From positions 1-21,767 of the forward strand of contig NW_021823596.1 in the NCBI RefSeq assembly GCF_006345805.1: 21,767 nt of DNA, in the 5' to 3' direction. Of the stretch, positions 9,798 to 21,742 are shown one piece after another. The notes beneath the pieces were generated by a model, which had not been told where the DNA came from, searched no databases, and was given only the letters and a program-made list of their open reading frames with translations. A program made the position numbers and the translations under genes. Origin of the DNA: Octopus sinensis (lineage: Eukaryota). The stretch's first letter is position 1. Every line of letters begins with the position of its first letter.

Positions 9798-11665
9798 TGT
9801 CACCGGCCGTAGGCTGGACGGCCGCCGTTCGTTGGACACTTTCAAAATCTCATTTTTTTCAATTTTGCTCATATAAAAACATACCTTAATTTTTTCCAAG
9901 TCCCATTTTAAGCCTATTTTCGATGAATTTGGTGACTTTTGAGAAATAAGAGAGCTAACAAAAACCAACACACACGTTTTTTCTACGATTATTGATTAAA
10001 AATCATAATGTTTATTATATTTCGAGGTTTACCATTTTAAAATAATACTTTTTAATAGTTATAAAATCGAATTTATTTGTAAAATTTATTAAATAAAATA
10101 GACGTTGGTATCCTAACAGCAATTTTAGAGATGACCAGTACAGATTTCTAAGGGAACCTAACCAAACCTTAATTGCTGCACACGTATTACTTCTTATCCA
10201 GCCTTAGGCGTTCAGGTAGTAAGTCCAACCTAAACCAATTGGCCTACGGCCGGATTTTTTTGGAATCCACTATTCCCCTATGCGGCCTTCGGCCGCGGTG
10301 GTGTAGTTTTTAAAGTCCAACCTAAACCAATTGGCCTACGGCCGGATTTTTTTTGGAATCCAACTATTCCCCTATGCGGCCTTCGGCCGCGGTGTGTTTG
10401 CTTCTTATTTAAGTTGAAAAACTTTTTATACAATTTTAAAATTTATTAACCAAAATTTTAAACTAATCGTTTGAGTCTACTAATGTGAATGGATTCAATT
10501 TCGTTCCATTTTCATCTTTTAACACACATAAATTATTTTTTTTGTCGACGATATAAAAATTTCTCTGAAGATATTTCATCGTGAAGAGGATATTTCCTAT
10601 TATTCACATTTGCGTCTCTATCATGTCGGATAATAACAGAATCTCCGACATTTATATCCTCTTGTCGAATTTCCTTGTAGCCGATATCCATCTTTTTATA
10701 GATTGATTGAATCTATATAATTAAATTTTTCTTAAGCGACCTTTCTACTTGGCCCTGACCCAAGGTGCTCTTGGCCTGCCGAAAACTTGTTTATTTCCAA
10801 ACTCCTTGCATACATTCCTAACAAGGAGTTTCTAAATTCCTTTCCATTGTCACTATGCAAAAGAATTGGATGTCCAATAGTGCAAAAAATTGATTTTATT
10901 AATTTTGAAATTTCAATAGCATTTTTGTCTTTGCAGGTTCAACGACTCCAAATTTTGAAAATGAGTCTATTAATACTAACAACTACAATATTAAATCACG
11001 AATACCCATCATTAATATCAGCATATCTTCTTAAGTCAATTAGATCTATGAGATAACGATCTCGTGGTCATAAGCTATAATAGGAGTAATAGTTGTTTAG
11101 TGGCCATCAAACGCATCGCCTATATTGCTCATAAATATTAAACCTGGCAAACTTCACACGGCTTACAACAGTAAGGACCTCTCTTCTCGTAATCGGATAA
11201 ATTTCTTCACAGAGTTTGGAATAAAGCCTATCACGACCAAAATGGTTTAAATTGTGTTCAGCCTACAAAATTTGATTTTATATTTACCTAAATTGTTTTC
11301 ATCTTAAATTCTTTGTTCGATAGTGAAGAATCTTAGTTTTTTACCATTTTTCAGAATGAAAAGCACAGATTGCTCATAAATAAAATTTTTGAGAGAGAAC
11401 GTATTTTAAAACGCTTTCGTCTGTGTTTCATCTTCTATCAAGACAGTTTCAATATAATTAATTAATTTTTCAACAAAGGATTGCAATAGATACAACAAAA
11501 CCATTCTCACGCGATTCTTAATTTAAACAAAAAAATTAGGAATATTTAATAAATTATTTAAATAATTTTGATTTTTTAATGGAGATTATTATTGTAAAAA
11601 TATTTTTAATTAAAATATTGCTTAGTGTCCACTCAACGGCGCCGTCTATCCTACGGCCGGTGACA
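9798..11665 (-). mobile_element. Ginger-like DNA transposon with ~43-bp TGT..ACA TIRs and decayed rve integrase
   Basis: Left TIR TGTCACCGGCCGTAGG...TGGACACT (9798-9840) is inverted with 11624-11665 (first 16 bp perfect). Internal minus-strand HNLNHFGRDRLY, EVCQ, RYLIDLIDLRRYADINDGY, LIDSFSKF, ILLHSDNGKEF. Imperfect TTAA-type target duplication. Confidence 0.85.
10221..10394. repeat. Two ~80-bp direct repeats (period 92) rich in hairpins
   Basis: Copies at 10221-10300 and 10313-10394, each with CCAATTGG, GGCC-TAC-GGCC, GGATT..AATCC and GCGGCC-TTC-GGCCGC. Confidence 0.9.
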
Positions 11666-12895
11666 TTAAATTCGTTAAAAGTTTGTTCATTCAATTTCAA
11701 AATGTTCCAAGAAAATATTTTATTTTTAGTTATTTCTGAATTGGCAGCTATGCAGGTCCCATCCCAAGACCACACGATATTCTCGATTAGACAGTCCTCA
11801 TATAAAAAATAAAATAATCAAATAAAATACCAAAAACGTAGAACATTTTTGATACGTTGTTTTTGAATTTTCTCGTTCAAAATATGTATACTTCCACAGC
11901 TGTAATAAACGACCAATTTTGAATTATCTGCATTAAATGCCGACTTCATTACTGTACTTGACACCTCTTCTATTGAGCATTTTTCCGTCAATGTAATCGA
12001 TTCGATAACAACTAGCTGGCGTTTTTGGACTCAACACAAATTTGAGTGCAATCGTGACTTATGTTATTGATGAAATTGGTTATATCTTTAGAATAGTTGT
12101 TGTTGTTGTTGCATAACCCGGTCACATTAGGGTATGAGACCGGGGCTAGCAAGAAACACAGCGCCTTCGCGGGTTGGTTGCTCCCAAAGGACCTCGGGGG
12201 AGTGGACAGCAAATTTCTGCGGACAGGGAGGAGAACAGGGCAGCGGAAAAGGTGGTCAGTTGAGTGATCTTCGGCACAGCAGAGGTTGCATACGGGGAGA
12301 TCACGCGTTCAATGATGTGAGCGTAGGAGTTTAGTGAGTGGTGGTGGCCCGAGCGGAAACGAGTGAGTATGAAATAGTAATTATGATTACATATAATTTA
12401 ATTATCTTAATTAATCTATTGTCACTAAATCCCACTTTATTAATCTTCCAGACTCGTCTCCTGTTATAATAAAGTGATGGAGTCTAGAAGCACACAATCC
12501 AATATTTTGACTAAATGACTCTAATGAAATGTCACAATATATTCTAACTTCAAAAATCGTCGAGATTTGCATGTTTTTTAATAATAAAATTATATGATTT
12601 GAGGTCATCAAATACATCATGTGTGTCCATCGGAGGACAAGTTATCACATGTCCTTTATCCTGCTCGATCTAAAAATTGAAATGTGCTATATACTTAAAT
12701 GTGTTAATACATGTTTTGTACCGACCTCCAAATTTTCACAAACCCTTCATCGCAAGCCGTGGCGATTTTATTTTCGGTAATTACAAGCATTGAAGAAATT
12801 TGATATAACATACGATATAACATATTTGGTGATTCTTAAATTTCAAAAATAGAAGTTTATACTAAAACTCACTTTTTGTTAAACTCTAAAATAGT
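11666..12895 (-). pseudogene. WD40-repeat protein gene (partial), interrupted by transposons
   Basis: Minus-strand ISSMLVITENKIATACDEGFVKIW, FIITGDESGRLIKWD, SAFNADNSKLVV, IENIVWSWDGTCIAA, with short GT-AG intron candidates. 5' end cut at the R4 element; last codons probably at 9759-9792. Confidence 0.65.
12098..12372 (-). mobile_element. 5'-truncated I-group (I/Ingi/Outcast-like) LINE 3' fragment with (CAA)n tail
   Basis: Minus-strand LTRFRSGHHHSLNSYAHII..CNLCCAEDHSTDHLFRCP (C-terminal CCHC finger); (CAA)5 tail ~12097-12111; 6-bp TSD AATAGT at 12092-12097 and 12373-12378. Confidence 0.8.
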
Positions 12896-13089
12896 AGTTT
12901 AATAAATTATTTTGTGCACGGATCGACTTCAAGAAAGCATTTGACTCAGTTAGCCATGACTTTCTTGTTGAAATCCTCGAAAACTCTGGACTGCCTAATT
13001 GGATAACTAGTTTTATTATGTCAATTATTCCAAACTGAAAAGTCTCTTTGAGATTGGGAAAAAAACAGCTGGGAACTGTTAATATAGAA

Positions 13090-13383
13090 CAGGGGTCTCC
13101 AAACTTTTGACAACGCGGGCCGGATAGAATATTTGGTAGATGACCGTGGGCCATAGTGTAAAATCAATTAGATTTAATAATGTTCCTAATTTTTTAACTA
13201 CGACTAAGAAGACAGAATAACAAAAAAAGATTTAAACATTAGCTTTTAATGAGAATGATGAAACTGACTTTTCGTTTTATATATTTTATTGTAATCAGGC
13301 GTCAAGTCTGTTGTCACAAAAAGATATTTACAACAGCCGGGCCGGATTAAATCACATGGCGGGCCGGGGTTTGGAGACTCCTG
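13090..13383. mobile_element. hAT Buster/Charlie-type MITE (294 bp)
   Basis: 15-bp TIRs CAGGGGTCTCCAAAC / GTTTGGAGACTCCTG (1 mismatch); exact 8-bp TSD ATATAGAA at 13082-13089 and 13384-13391; GGGCCGG subterminal motifs. Confidence 0.95.
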
Positions 13384-14650
13384 ATATAGAAGGTGGTATA
13401 CTCCAAGGCGACTCTCTGTCGCCCCAATTATTTGTACTTGTTTTGGATCCGTTAAGTAGACTTTTATCTTCAAAATATCCAAATATATCAATAAATTCTG
13501 GTGCCATTAATTCCTTAATCTTTTCTACAAATCACTTTCCATTCATTGCAGACTTGAAGCTATTGTCCAAAGAAGAGGAGACATTGGCGTGGATGATGGA
13601 CGATGTGAACTATTACTTTGAATTACCTATTGAGAAATGATGGTAAATTGTTGGATGGTCTGGACAGCTACAGATATTTGGGAGTTTTAGAAAACAGATG
13701 TAGTAAAGTACTCAAAGAAGACGTACTCAAAAATATTAAAGAAGAAATGCAAAACCGTATTGAAAAGTTATTGGAAACTAAATTAAACTCAGTAAATTTA
13801 TTTAAAGCAATCAATGAACATGCTCTATCACTGTGCAATTACTATATTGGCCTCATTGACTTAGAACCCTGTGAATTTGAAGAAATTAATAAATTAGTCA
13901 GAAAGATAATTATGAATTTGAATGTGCATATGAAACCAGCTTGCAAAGAAAGACTTTACTTACCGAGGAATATGTTTAGAAGGGGACTGATATCAATCAC
14001 TTTCAAAGCTGAGAAAATGTTGATTGATTTCAAAACAAGTCTGGAAAGGCGAAAACTTACTTCTCTGAAGAGTGCAGGAATTCTGTGGGCTGAACAACAA
14101 AAAAGTCACATATGGCCACAATTACAGAATTCTTGCAAATAAAATATGAATCAACCCAGCACATTGAACAGACACTAAAGAGTCTGCAGATTGAGTGTCT
14201 CTTATCAGCTATTAAAAAGAAAAGTCTCCATTCAAAATTATTTGAATCACTTTATAATGAGACTTTCGATTTACAGACATCCTCAAAATGAATTGTAAAA
14301 GGAAATATTTCCCCTAAATCTGAAGCCATGTTCTTCCTTCTGCAGGACAGAAATATTTTCTTCCGCGAGCTTGGTTCGAAATGACAGTCGACCATTTGGC
14401 AACTCGATGCAATAGAATGCTTAATTCTGATTATACAAGGAGACATAACGAAATTGTTAAATGCATACACATGCACCTATGCAGAAAATTTGGATTCAAA
14501 AAATCAAAAAGGTTAAAGACTCACTCTATTCAAACCGTAATTACCAATGATCGTGCTGAATTACGAGTTGACACTACTATCCATACCGAATTAAAAATTC
14601 AATATAACAAGCCGGACATTTTTTTATACGACAAAAAATTAAACCAGATA

Positions 14651-15459
14651 CAGTCCGACCCCGAATTGGGGCACCAAGTGCCCCAAAAAGCGGCGGTGCC
14701 CCAAAAACAGAGGTTTAATAAAAACAGAGATTTTAAACATCAAAAATCAATTTTAGAAAAATAATCAGTTAATTTATCCCCAGTTTTCCTTTTACTTCTT
14801 ACATTTTTCATAAAATTAAGTCGAAAATCGTAAAATTCTTTGAGCATTTCAGGAGATATGTGAAAATTTTCTTCTCTAACTGATCAAGAGAATCTTGCGT
14901 TTCTCTTAGAATTGTTTCCATGTTATCGTTTTCTAAACCTTCGTTATAAATATTATCGACAAATTCGTCATTTTCCCCATTCAATGTTTCGTTAACGGCA
15001 TTGTTGATTAATTCTTCTGTAATGCTATCTTCAATTCTTACGGAATCACGAATCTTTTCAATTTGTTAAACTTCGATCAAATTTTTCTCAGCTTTTAGAA
15101 ATTAGCAGAATTACCTGACGAAGGTTTATTTTGTTTATCGACCGTCATCATTCTCAAAGCACAAAAACTGAATCAGATAATTTGAGTAATAATCTTTAAA
15201 GGTTTTTCTCCCATAGAATTGCAACAAAGAAGCACGTTGACTCTTTCTTTTCCCTGTTTAAAGCTAAAAGTATCGTCATTTATTCGGACAAACGACTTTC
15301 TCGGTTTTTTTTATCATTCCCCACAATTTTATAGTGGCCCAAAATTTCCGTATTTTTTATCGATTTTTCATTTTACTCTGCCAAAATGTGGCCAAAAAAA
15401 AGTGCCCCAAAATGCGGGGTGCCCCACCCCTGGGGTCTGCCCCATTCGGGGTCGGACTG
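14651..15459 (-). mobile_element. Internally deleted pogo/Tigger-like transposon (809 bp)
   Basis: Perfect 16-bp TIR CAGTCCGACCCCGAAT, TA TSD (14649-50, 15460-61), GTGCCCC subterminal repeats; internal minus-strand GKERVNVLLCCNSMGEK resembles the pogo DDE_1 motif. Confidence 0.9.
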
Positions 15460-15896
15460 TATGGCTAATAGAGATTGAAGTGACGTGTGTGGATAATTTA
15501 AAAGCAGTTGAAGTTGAAAAACTTCATAAATATGATATCCTGGCAAGTGAATTAGAAACAATTTGCAAAGCCAAAGTCAAAATACTTTCGATCATCATTA
15601 CCTGGGATGCGATCACCTCCAAGTATTTTAAAATATACATGGATTTGATTGGCATTAAAGACAGTATTCTGGCGTACATCCAAACGATTGCATTAAAGAA
15701 GACGTTGGAAGGAATGTTCGTAGAATATAGACATGGTTTCGAAGACGTAATGACTAAAGCATTGATTCTCGACAAAGATTATGCAGTGTCGAACACTCGC
15801 CAAAGGGGAGCTAACTCAATGAAGAGGAGACATGATGAGATGACAGAAAACAAATACTCTGAGGAAGGACAAAATAATAGCAAGAGAACCACGAAA

Positions 15897-16149
15897 GTTT
15901 ATTTATCTTATCGCAGTTGAGACTTCCAGTTCCTTGGGCAGTAAGGCAATCAACTTCGTTCAGGATATCGGGTCCCGCATGTTTGCTCTCACAGGCGACG
16001 CCCGCGAATCAAGATGGTTTTACGAGCGGATATCCTTCGCGATAGTACGCTCTAATTCTTTCTCGATCGCGCCGGCTTCCCGTCCATGAAGCTTTCAACA
16101 CTTGACCGAATTCCTTTTTTTTGTAATAAACTATTCATACTAAAAAAAA
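15897..16149 (+). mobile_element. CRE-clade retrotransposon 3' end with short poly(A)
   Basis: IAVETSSSLGSKAINFVQDIGSRMFALTGDARESRWFYERISFAIVRSN...* (stop ~16088), then AATAAA and an A-run at 16142-16149. Confidence 0.75.
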
Positions 16150-16316
16150 TTATCTTATTTTACAGATAAATTTATTACGAGGTAGATTGGGATTAAATTA
16201 GCTGTTGATCAGTGACGAATGAATTTGTTAAAAGAGATAATTGATTTGTTAACTTCTTTAAAATTAGATTATTGATATAGTGAAATGTTTGAAAAATTTT
16301 TAGATAAAATGAGAAA

Positions 16317-16860
16317 CTAGTTAAAGGCTTTACTAGACGCTCGACTACCCTTGCAAATAGCAAAGCTTTTGTCACAGATCACAGCGATCGATAGACGTTT
16401 CAAAAGCCAAGATGACTTTCTCGAGTAGTGTCTTATTTTTGATACCCGGCAACCGAGCAAGCAAGAAACCAAAGCGTTTAAAGGCAGAAAATGCTGGAGG
16501 ACTCCAAAGCACTTGGACATCGAGTTTTAAAAGTGGCCGTTCTTGAGAATCCTGTGATTCTTGTCTTGCCCTGACGCGTGCCCAGGATCGACAGGTGACT
16601 AAGCGAGATATTCGCGCGAAAATGTGTCTAAGCAAGTAGAATCAAAAATAAGGGATTTCCTTGTCTCGTATGAAAACGCGGACAGGCCGTCTGGGCATTT
16701 GCCGTCTTCTCTATTCAGTCCAAATGGTTCGAAGATTAACGGGACACCTGCAAAAGCTAGGGTTCTCTGTATGATAACGTTGAGTTTACCAGCACTCTGA
16801 CAGGAAGCGAGAGGGTGCAAGTCGTATTCGTCAACAGTTCCCCCTGCGGTGGCATTTGTG
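16317..16860 (-). mobile_element. CRE-clade retrotransposon RLE fragment, degenerate
   Basis: LNVIIQRTLAFAGVP..EPFGLNREDGKCPDGLS..SLIFDSTCLDTFS ... KRLSIAVI; frameshifted. Confidence 0.8.
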
Positions 16861-16919
16861 GGCCTAGCAGATCTTCAACCCAACACGGAAAAAAATTGCG
16901 ATCCTCAAACAATCCTTGT

Positions 16920-17245
16920 CCATCAGATTCCAGAGATTTCGTCTTATTGACGTCAGATAGATTCAGAATCGGGCAGTGAACACTCTTTAAGACAATTCTT
17001 GGAGATAATAAGCCGGATCTATTATGTTTGATAAGAAACATAACCGTATATTCTTTTTGAAGTGAAGAAAACGTCAACAGAAAACTTACAATAATTGGAA
17101 TTAGAAAAGCTAATAAAATATGATCTCTTGGCAAAGGAATTAGAGATGATATTCCATGCGAGTGTCAAGGTAGCTCCAATTGTTTTTACATAAATGGTCT
17201 TGTGACATCAAACTTCAGAAAATATGTGAAGTCATTAAACATAAA
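16920..17245 (+). mobile_element. Second R4/Dong-like RLE fragment
   Basis: DNKPDL.MFDKKHNRI, ELEKLIKYDLLAKELEMIFHASVKVAPIVFT, GLVTSNFRKYV; a divergent paralogue of 14600-15650. Confidence 0.75.
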
Positions 17246-17409
17246 ATACTCCGGCTACACTCACCGATAACCCTGGGAGACAAAATAATGAACAATGAAA
17301 AGATTATTGAGTCTTAATCAAAATACAGAAAAAGAAAACGTCATTTGGTTAACTTTATTTTTAGCTTGTTGTTATCCTTCAATGAATTAGTAGTATTTAA
17401 TAGTTAATA

Positions 17410-18571
<1,162 letters not shown>

Positions 18572-18677
18572 TTGAATTGTTAATACTTTATATAATCAAT
18601 ATAATGCGGCTATTCTAAAAATATTTTTTATTATTAATAAAAAGAAACTAATTAATTCCCTAACTAAGTCCTGAGTT

Positions 18678-20074
18678 GTTTGCCTCTCAACCATATGTTG
18701 TTTAATCTTTTGAGCGTGAATGTTGCTAGTGATTTTCTTCGTATCATGTCTTCTGTATCTCCTAAGAGAGTGCCAAGTTTCTTTGTATGCCTCAATTTTT
18801 CCTCGTGTCGTTTGTCATATCGCCTCACTATAGTGTATTCTGTTTTCTCAGTGTTAATTTTTAGGAATGATTTTTCAAAAGTGTTGGCCAATTTGTCCAT
18901 AGTACTTTCTAGTTGGGGGTCTGTTGCCGTGAAATCTATGTCATCTGCAAAGATGACTTCTGTAATATTTCTGAGGATATTATTCCTGACATTTCGTAGG
19001 GTCGCCTCCAGATATACGATGAATAAGGCGTCTCCTTGGGGGGGTGCCCTTGTTTGTTTCAAATACTTTGGATTTCTGTTTTCCGAGCTGGATAAATAGT
19101 TGAGTGGAGGAGAGTAGGTAACGAATAATTCTGATGCAATCTTCGTCGAGTAGTGGCGTTAATATTTGTATCATCTTAATTCTACTGATTGAGTCGAATG
19201 CTTTAGATAGGTCGATTTCCATTATGTGGTACTCTTCTTTATATTTTTGGCATGAAGCACACATCCATTTGTGGCTCCAAACAGCATCGGAAGTTGATCT
19301 TCCAGAGACAAACCCACTTTGGCTGGATCCGATAAATTCACGTAGTGGGCCTTTAATTCTCTCCAAAGCGATTAGTGATAGAATTTTACAAAGTAAGTTG
19401 AGTATTATGATTGTTCTTAAGCTGTTTAGTTTTCCTTTTTCCTTCCCGGGTTTATGTAAGGAAATTAACTTTCCGATTCCGATGTTAATTTTGGCATGTT
19501 CTTCAAAAGTTTTGTTCAAGATGTAAGCAATAAGTTTTTGGAGCTCTTCAGGAGCATTTCTGCGTCTTTACAAATCAAACTTTACAATATGTTCGTAAAA
19601 CCAGTCCTACTGTACAACTCCTCTTGGGCTCACAGTGAAGGAAATAAAAAATCTGAATTTCTTTCACAGAATGCAGCTGAAATACATCCTAGGAATCTTT
19701 TGGCCAAAACGCATTTCAAACAAACATCTCTACTCCAGGTACAATGAACACCCGTTGGACAAAGAAATAAGAAGTAATAGATTGGCCTTATTCGGTCACA
19801 TCCTAAGAATGGACAGGAAAACTCCTGCAAATCTTGCAATGGAACACCACTACGCCCCCACCCGGGGACAAACTTCCGAGGAAGATCACGAATCACTCTA
19901 CCAACCCTCCTGCACCAGGACCTAACTTTGATTGGAAAAAGGCTGAAATTGAGTACTTGAGAGAACTATCGAGGAACAGAGGGACTTGGAAGCGATTAAC
20001 AAAACGCATCCAGGAACGGGTGGCACAAGCGAGATAACTTTACTAACGTTATTTTGCGGTGTGCTTAATAATAA
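18678..20074 (+). mobile_element. RTE/RTEX-like non-LTR retrotransposon, 5'-truncated with 5' inversion
   Basis: RT core on minus strand 19558 to 18676 (QSGF..GRST, IDLSKAFDSI, GTPQGD, IFADD, KINTEKT, KKLG). C-terminal continuation on plus strand from 19556 (ISASLQIKLYNMFVKPVLLYN, FGHILRM), (TAA)n tail 20066-20077, TSD TAAGTCCTGAGTT at 18665-18677 and 20075-20087. Confidence 0.92.
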
Positions 20075-20636
20075 TAAGTCCTGAGTTTCCAAAGTGAATA
20101 GGAAATGACACTTTACGCATTTTCTTCCCTTCTTCCTTCTCTTCTTGGCTCTGTAGACCTCCAATTAAATTTCAAGAAAGTATCTCCCTGCAGCAGGCGA
20201 TAGAACAGTCTGCAATTATTTGAGAACTTCTTTTAATAAACGAAAATCAGCTTCCCCTCTGCCCAGACACGACTCAACTCATTAAAATCCCATCTGACAG
20301 CTCGTGCTCGACAAAGTACAGTACTCACTTGACCCGAATCTTGACTCCATTGCTCACATCATTAATGTGCCTAGTCAGCGCTTGCAGCTCGGTTTTTCTT
20401 GCGGCTATCTTTGCGGAAATGTTTGGCCTCCACTTACTCTATGGCCCGAGCTTCTGCGTGATTTCTTCTTGCGTTGTCTGTGTTGAGTACAAATAGAGAA
20501 AAGTCTCGTTTATTTTCTCTGGAGCCTTACGCACAATATGGCACGATTGATGCAACATATAAAGTCAGTCCTGAATTGCCACCGATGTATTTTTCGTGTC
20601 ACTCTGCGCAAAGTTCAAAGATATGTATTGAGACAT
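20075..20636 (-). other. Possible intron-containing orphan host gene
   Basis: ATG at ~20636, GTAAGT and GTGAGT donor-like sites, coding-like stretches IAARKTELQALTRHINDVSNG and GGLQSQEEKEEGKKMRKVSFPIHFGNSG; I could not build a clean exon chain. Confidence 0.3.
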
Positions 20637-21099
20637 TTTTCAAATAAAACACTAAGCTTGCTTTTCCAAAAACCCTTGCCTCTTAGCTTAAAAACTGGAA
20701 CATCCCAAATCAAAAACACTTGAAATTTTTTAATGTAAATATTTTTAAACATTCCTAACATACTCAATAATTAGAGATCAAAAAGCCAAGACATTAAGAA
20801 AAATTTATTTAGAACAAAACAAACAAGTGCTATCTTTAGACTTTATTATTACCATACCAGTAGGTGAGAATTTTTGTACATAATATACCCTGGTAATCTA
20901 TTTTTTCATTTAAAGAAAGCTTCCGAATTTTTTTATTTGTGTCAGTCTACCTCTTCGGAGAACCCCGTCCTCAATTTTTAACACAGAGATATCATTCTTT
21001 CAAATCCTTTTTAAAAGATTTTTTGTTCAGCCACATCTGAGCAGTGGACAGCCTTTATACTTGTTCTTTTGGTAAAAAAACCATGTCAAAGTCATTTTT

Positions 21100-21600
21100 T
21101 ATTCAGGTTGAATCAATCCAATTCCGTGAATAATTGATCAATTTTTTCTGTCGTATAATACATATTCATCGACTGATTTGCATTTTTGTCAAACATAATT
21201 CTGAACGGTGCATACGACGCTGAGTTATAGGAGCTGGTTGTCCTGTTTATTATTGAAATCCATTTATAATTGAGGTTATCGGACAAACAAGTGGAGGAGA
21301 CAACATATATTTTAAGGATTGGTTTAGTTTTTCTATTTGCCCCTGCACACAAAGGCATTATGCATGACTCCTCAGAGGTTTCATTATGTACTCCTCACAT
21401 AATCAGGCAATCTTGTCATTGACAAATTTCTCCCCATTGTCCGTGTGAAGAATTAAATGTTTTCCAAACATCAATATTATTTTATTGCATTGGACACTTC
21501 CATAGCTGATTTGGACAAAAATTGTGCGTCCAACCAAATTTCAAGAATAATCAAATACCTTTTCGTCAGATTCTTCTTTGCCCAATTGTTTAATGCCGTG
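21100..21600 (-). pseudogene. SCAND3/KRBA2-like rve integrase relic
   Basis: SKSAMEVSNAI, MFGKHLILHTDNGEKFVN, VQGQIEKLNQSLK, KWISIINRTTSSYNS..PFRIMF; stops and frameshifts. Confidence 0.75.
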
Positions 21601-21742
21601 TTAATACAGTTTTTGATAAATAGATTTTTTAGACTTAAAACAAGAATCAAATAATAATCAGCGTAGCTAAAAATTTAATATTTCTTTAAAATGTATAAAT
21701 TTTAGCAAAACGAGAGTCAATAATTATAATTTATTACAGATA

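Larger units (their letters stand above)
12898..15895 (+). mobile_element. R4/Dong-like non-LTR retrotransposon (RT + RLE), 5'-truncated and decayed, with two nested insertions
   Basis: IDFKKAFDSVSH, GILQGDSLSP, FIADLKL (catalytic DD mutated), YRYLG, ERLYLPR, DHLATRC, RRHN, NKPDI, LIEI, EKLHKYDILASEL. Confidence 0.92.

Noticed and set aside
10221-10394. Hammerhead ribozyme or tRNA-derived SINE
   Set aside because: No CUGANGA/GAAA core, cloverleaf or A/B boxes seen on either strand.
10996-14291. UGA=Trp genetic code (TGA at expected Trp sites 13036, 14289 and ~10996)
   Set aside because: These Trp-site TGAs occur in decayed TEs; AK and LDH use TGG for Trp and the CCDC152-like gene ends in TGA. 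Simple TGG-to-TGA decay explains it.
15219-15920. 233-aa ORF as a novel gene
   Set aside because: Chance fusion of the pogo end, the R4 RLE domain and the start of a CRE fragment.
12887-17248. TAAAATA at both ends as a TSD for the whole R4/CRE block
   Set aside because: A 7-bp AT-only match is expected by chance, and no convincing WD40 5' exon could be joined.
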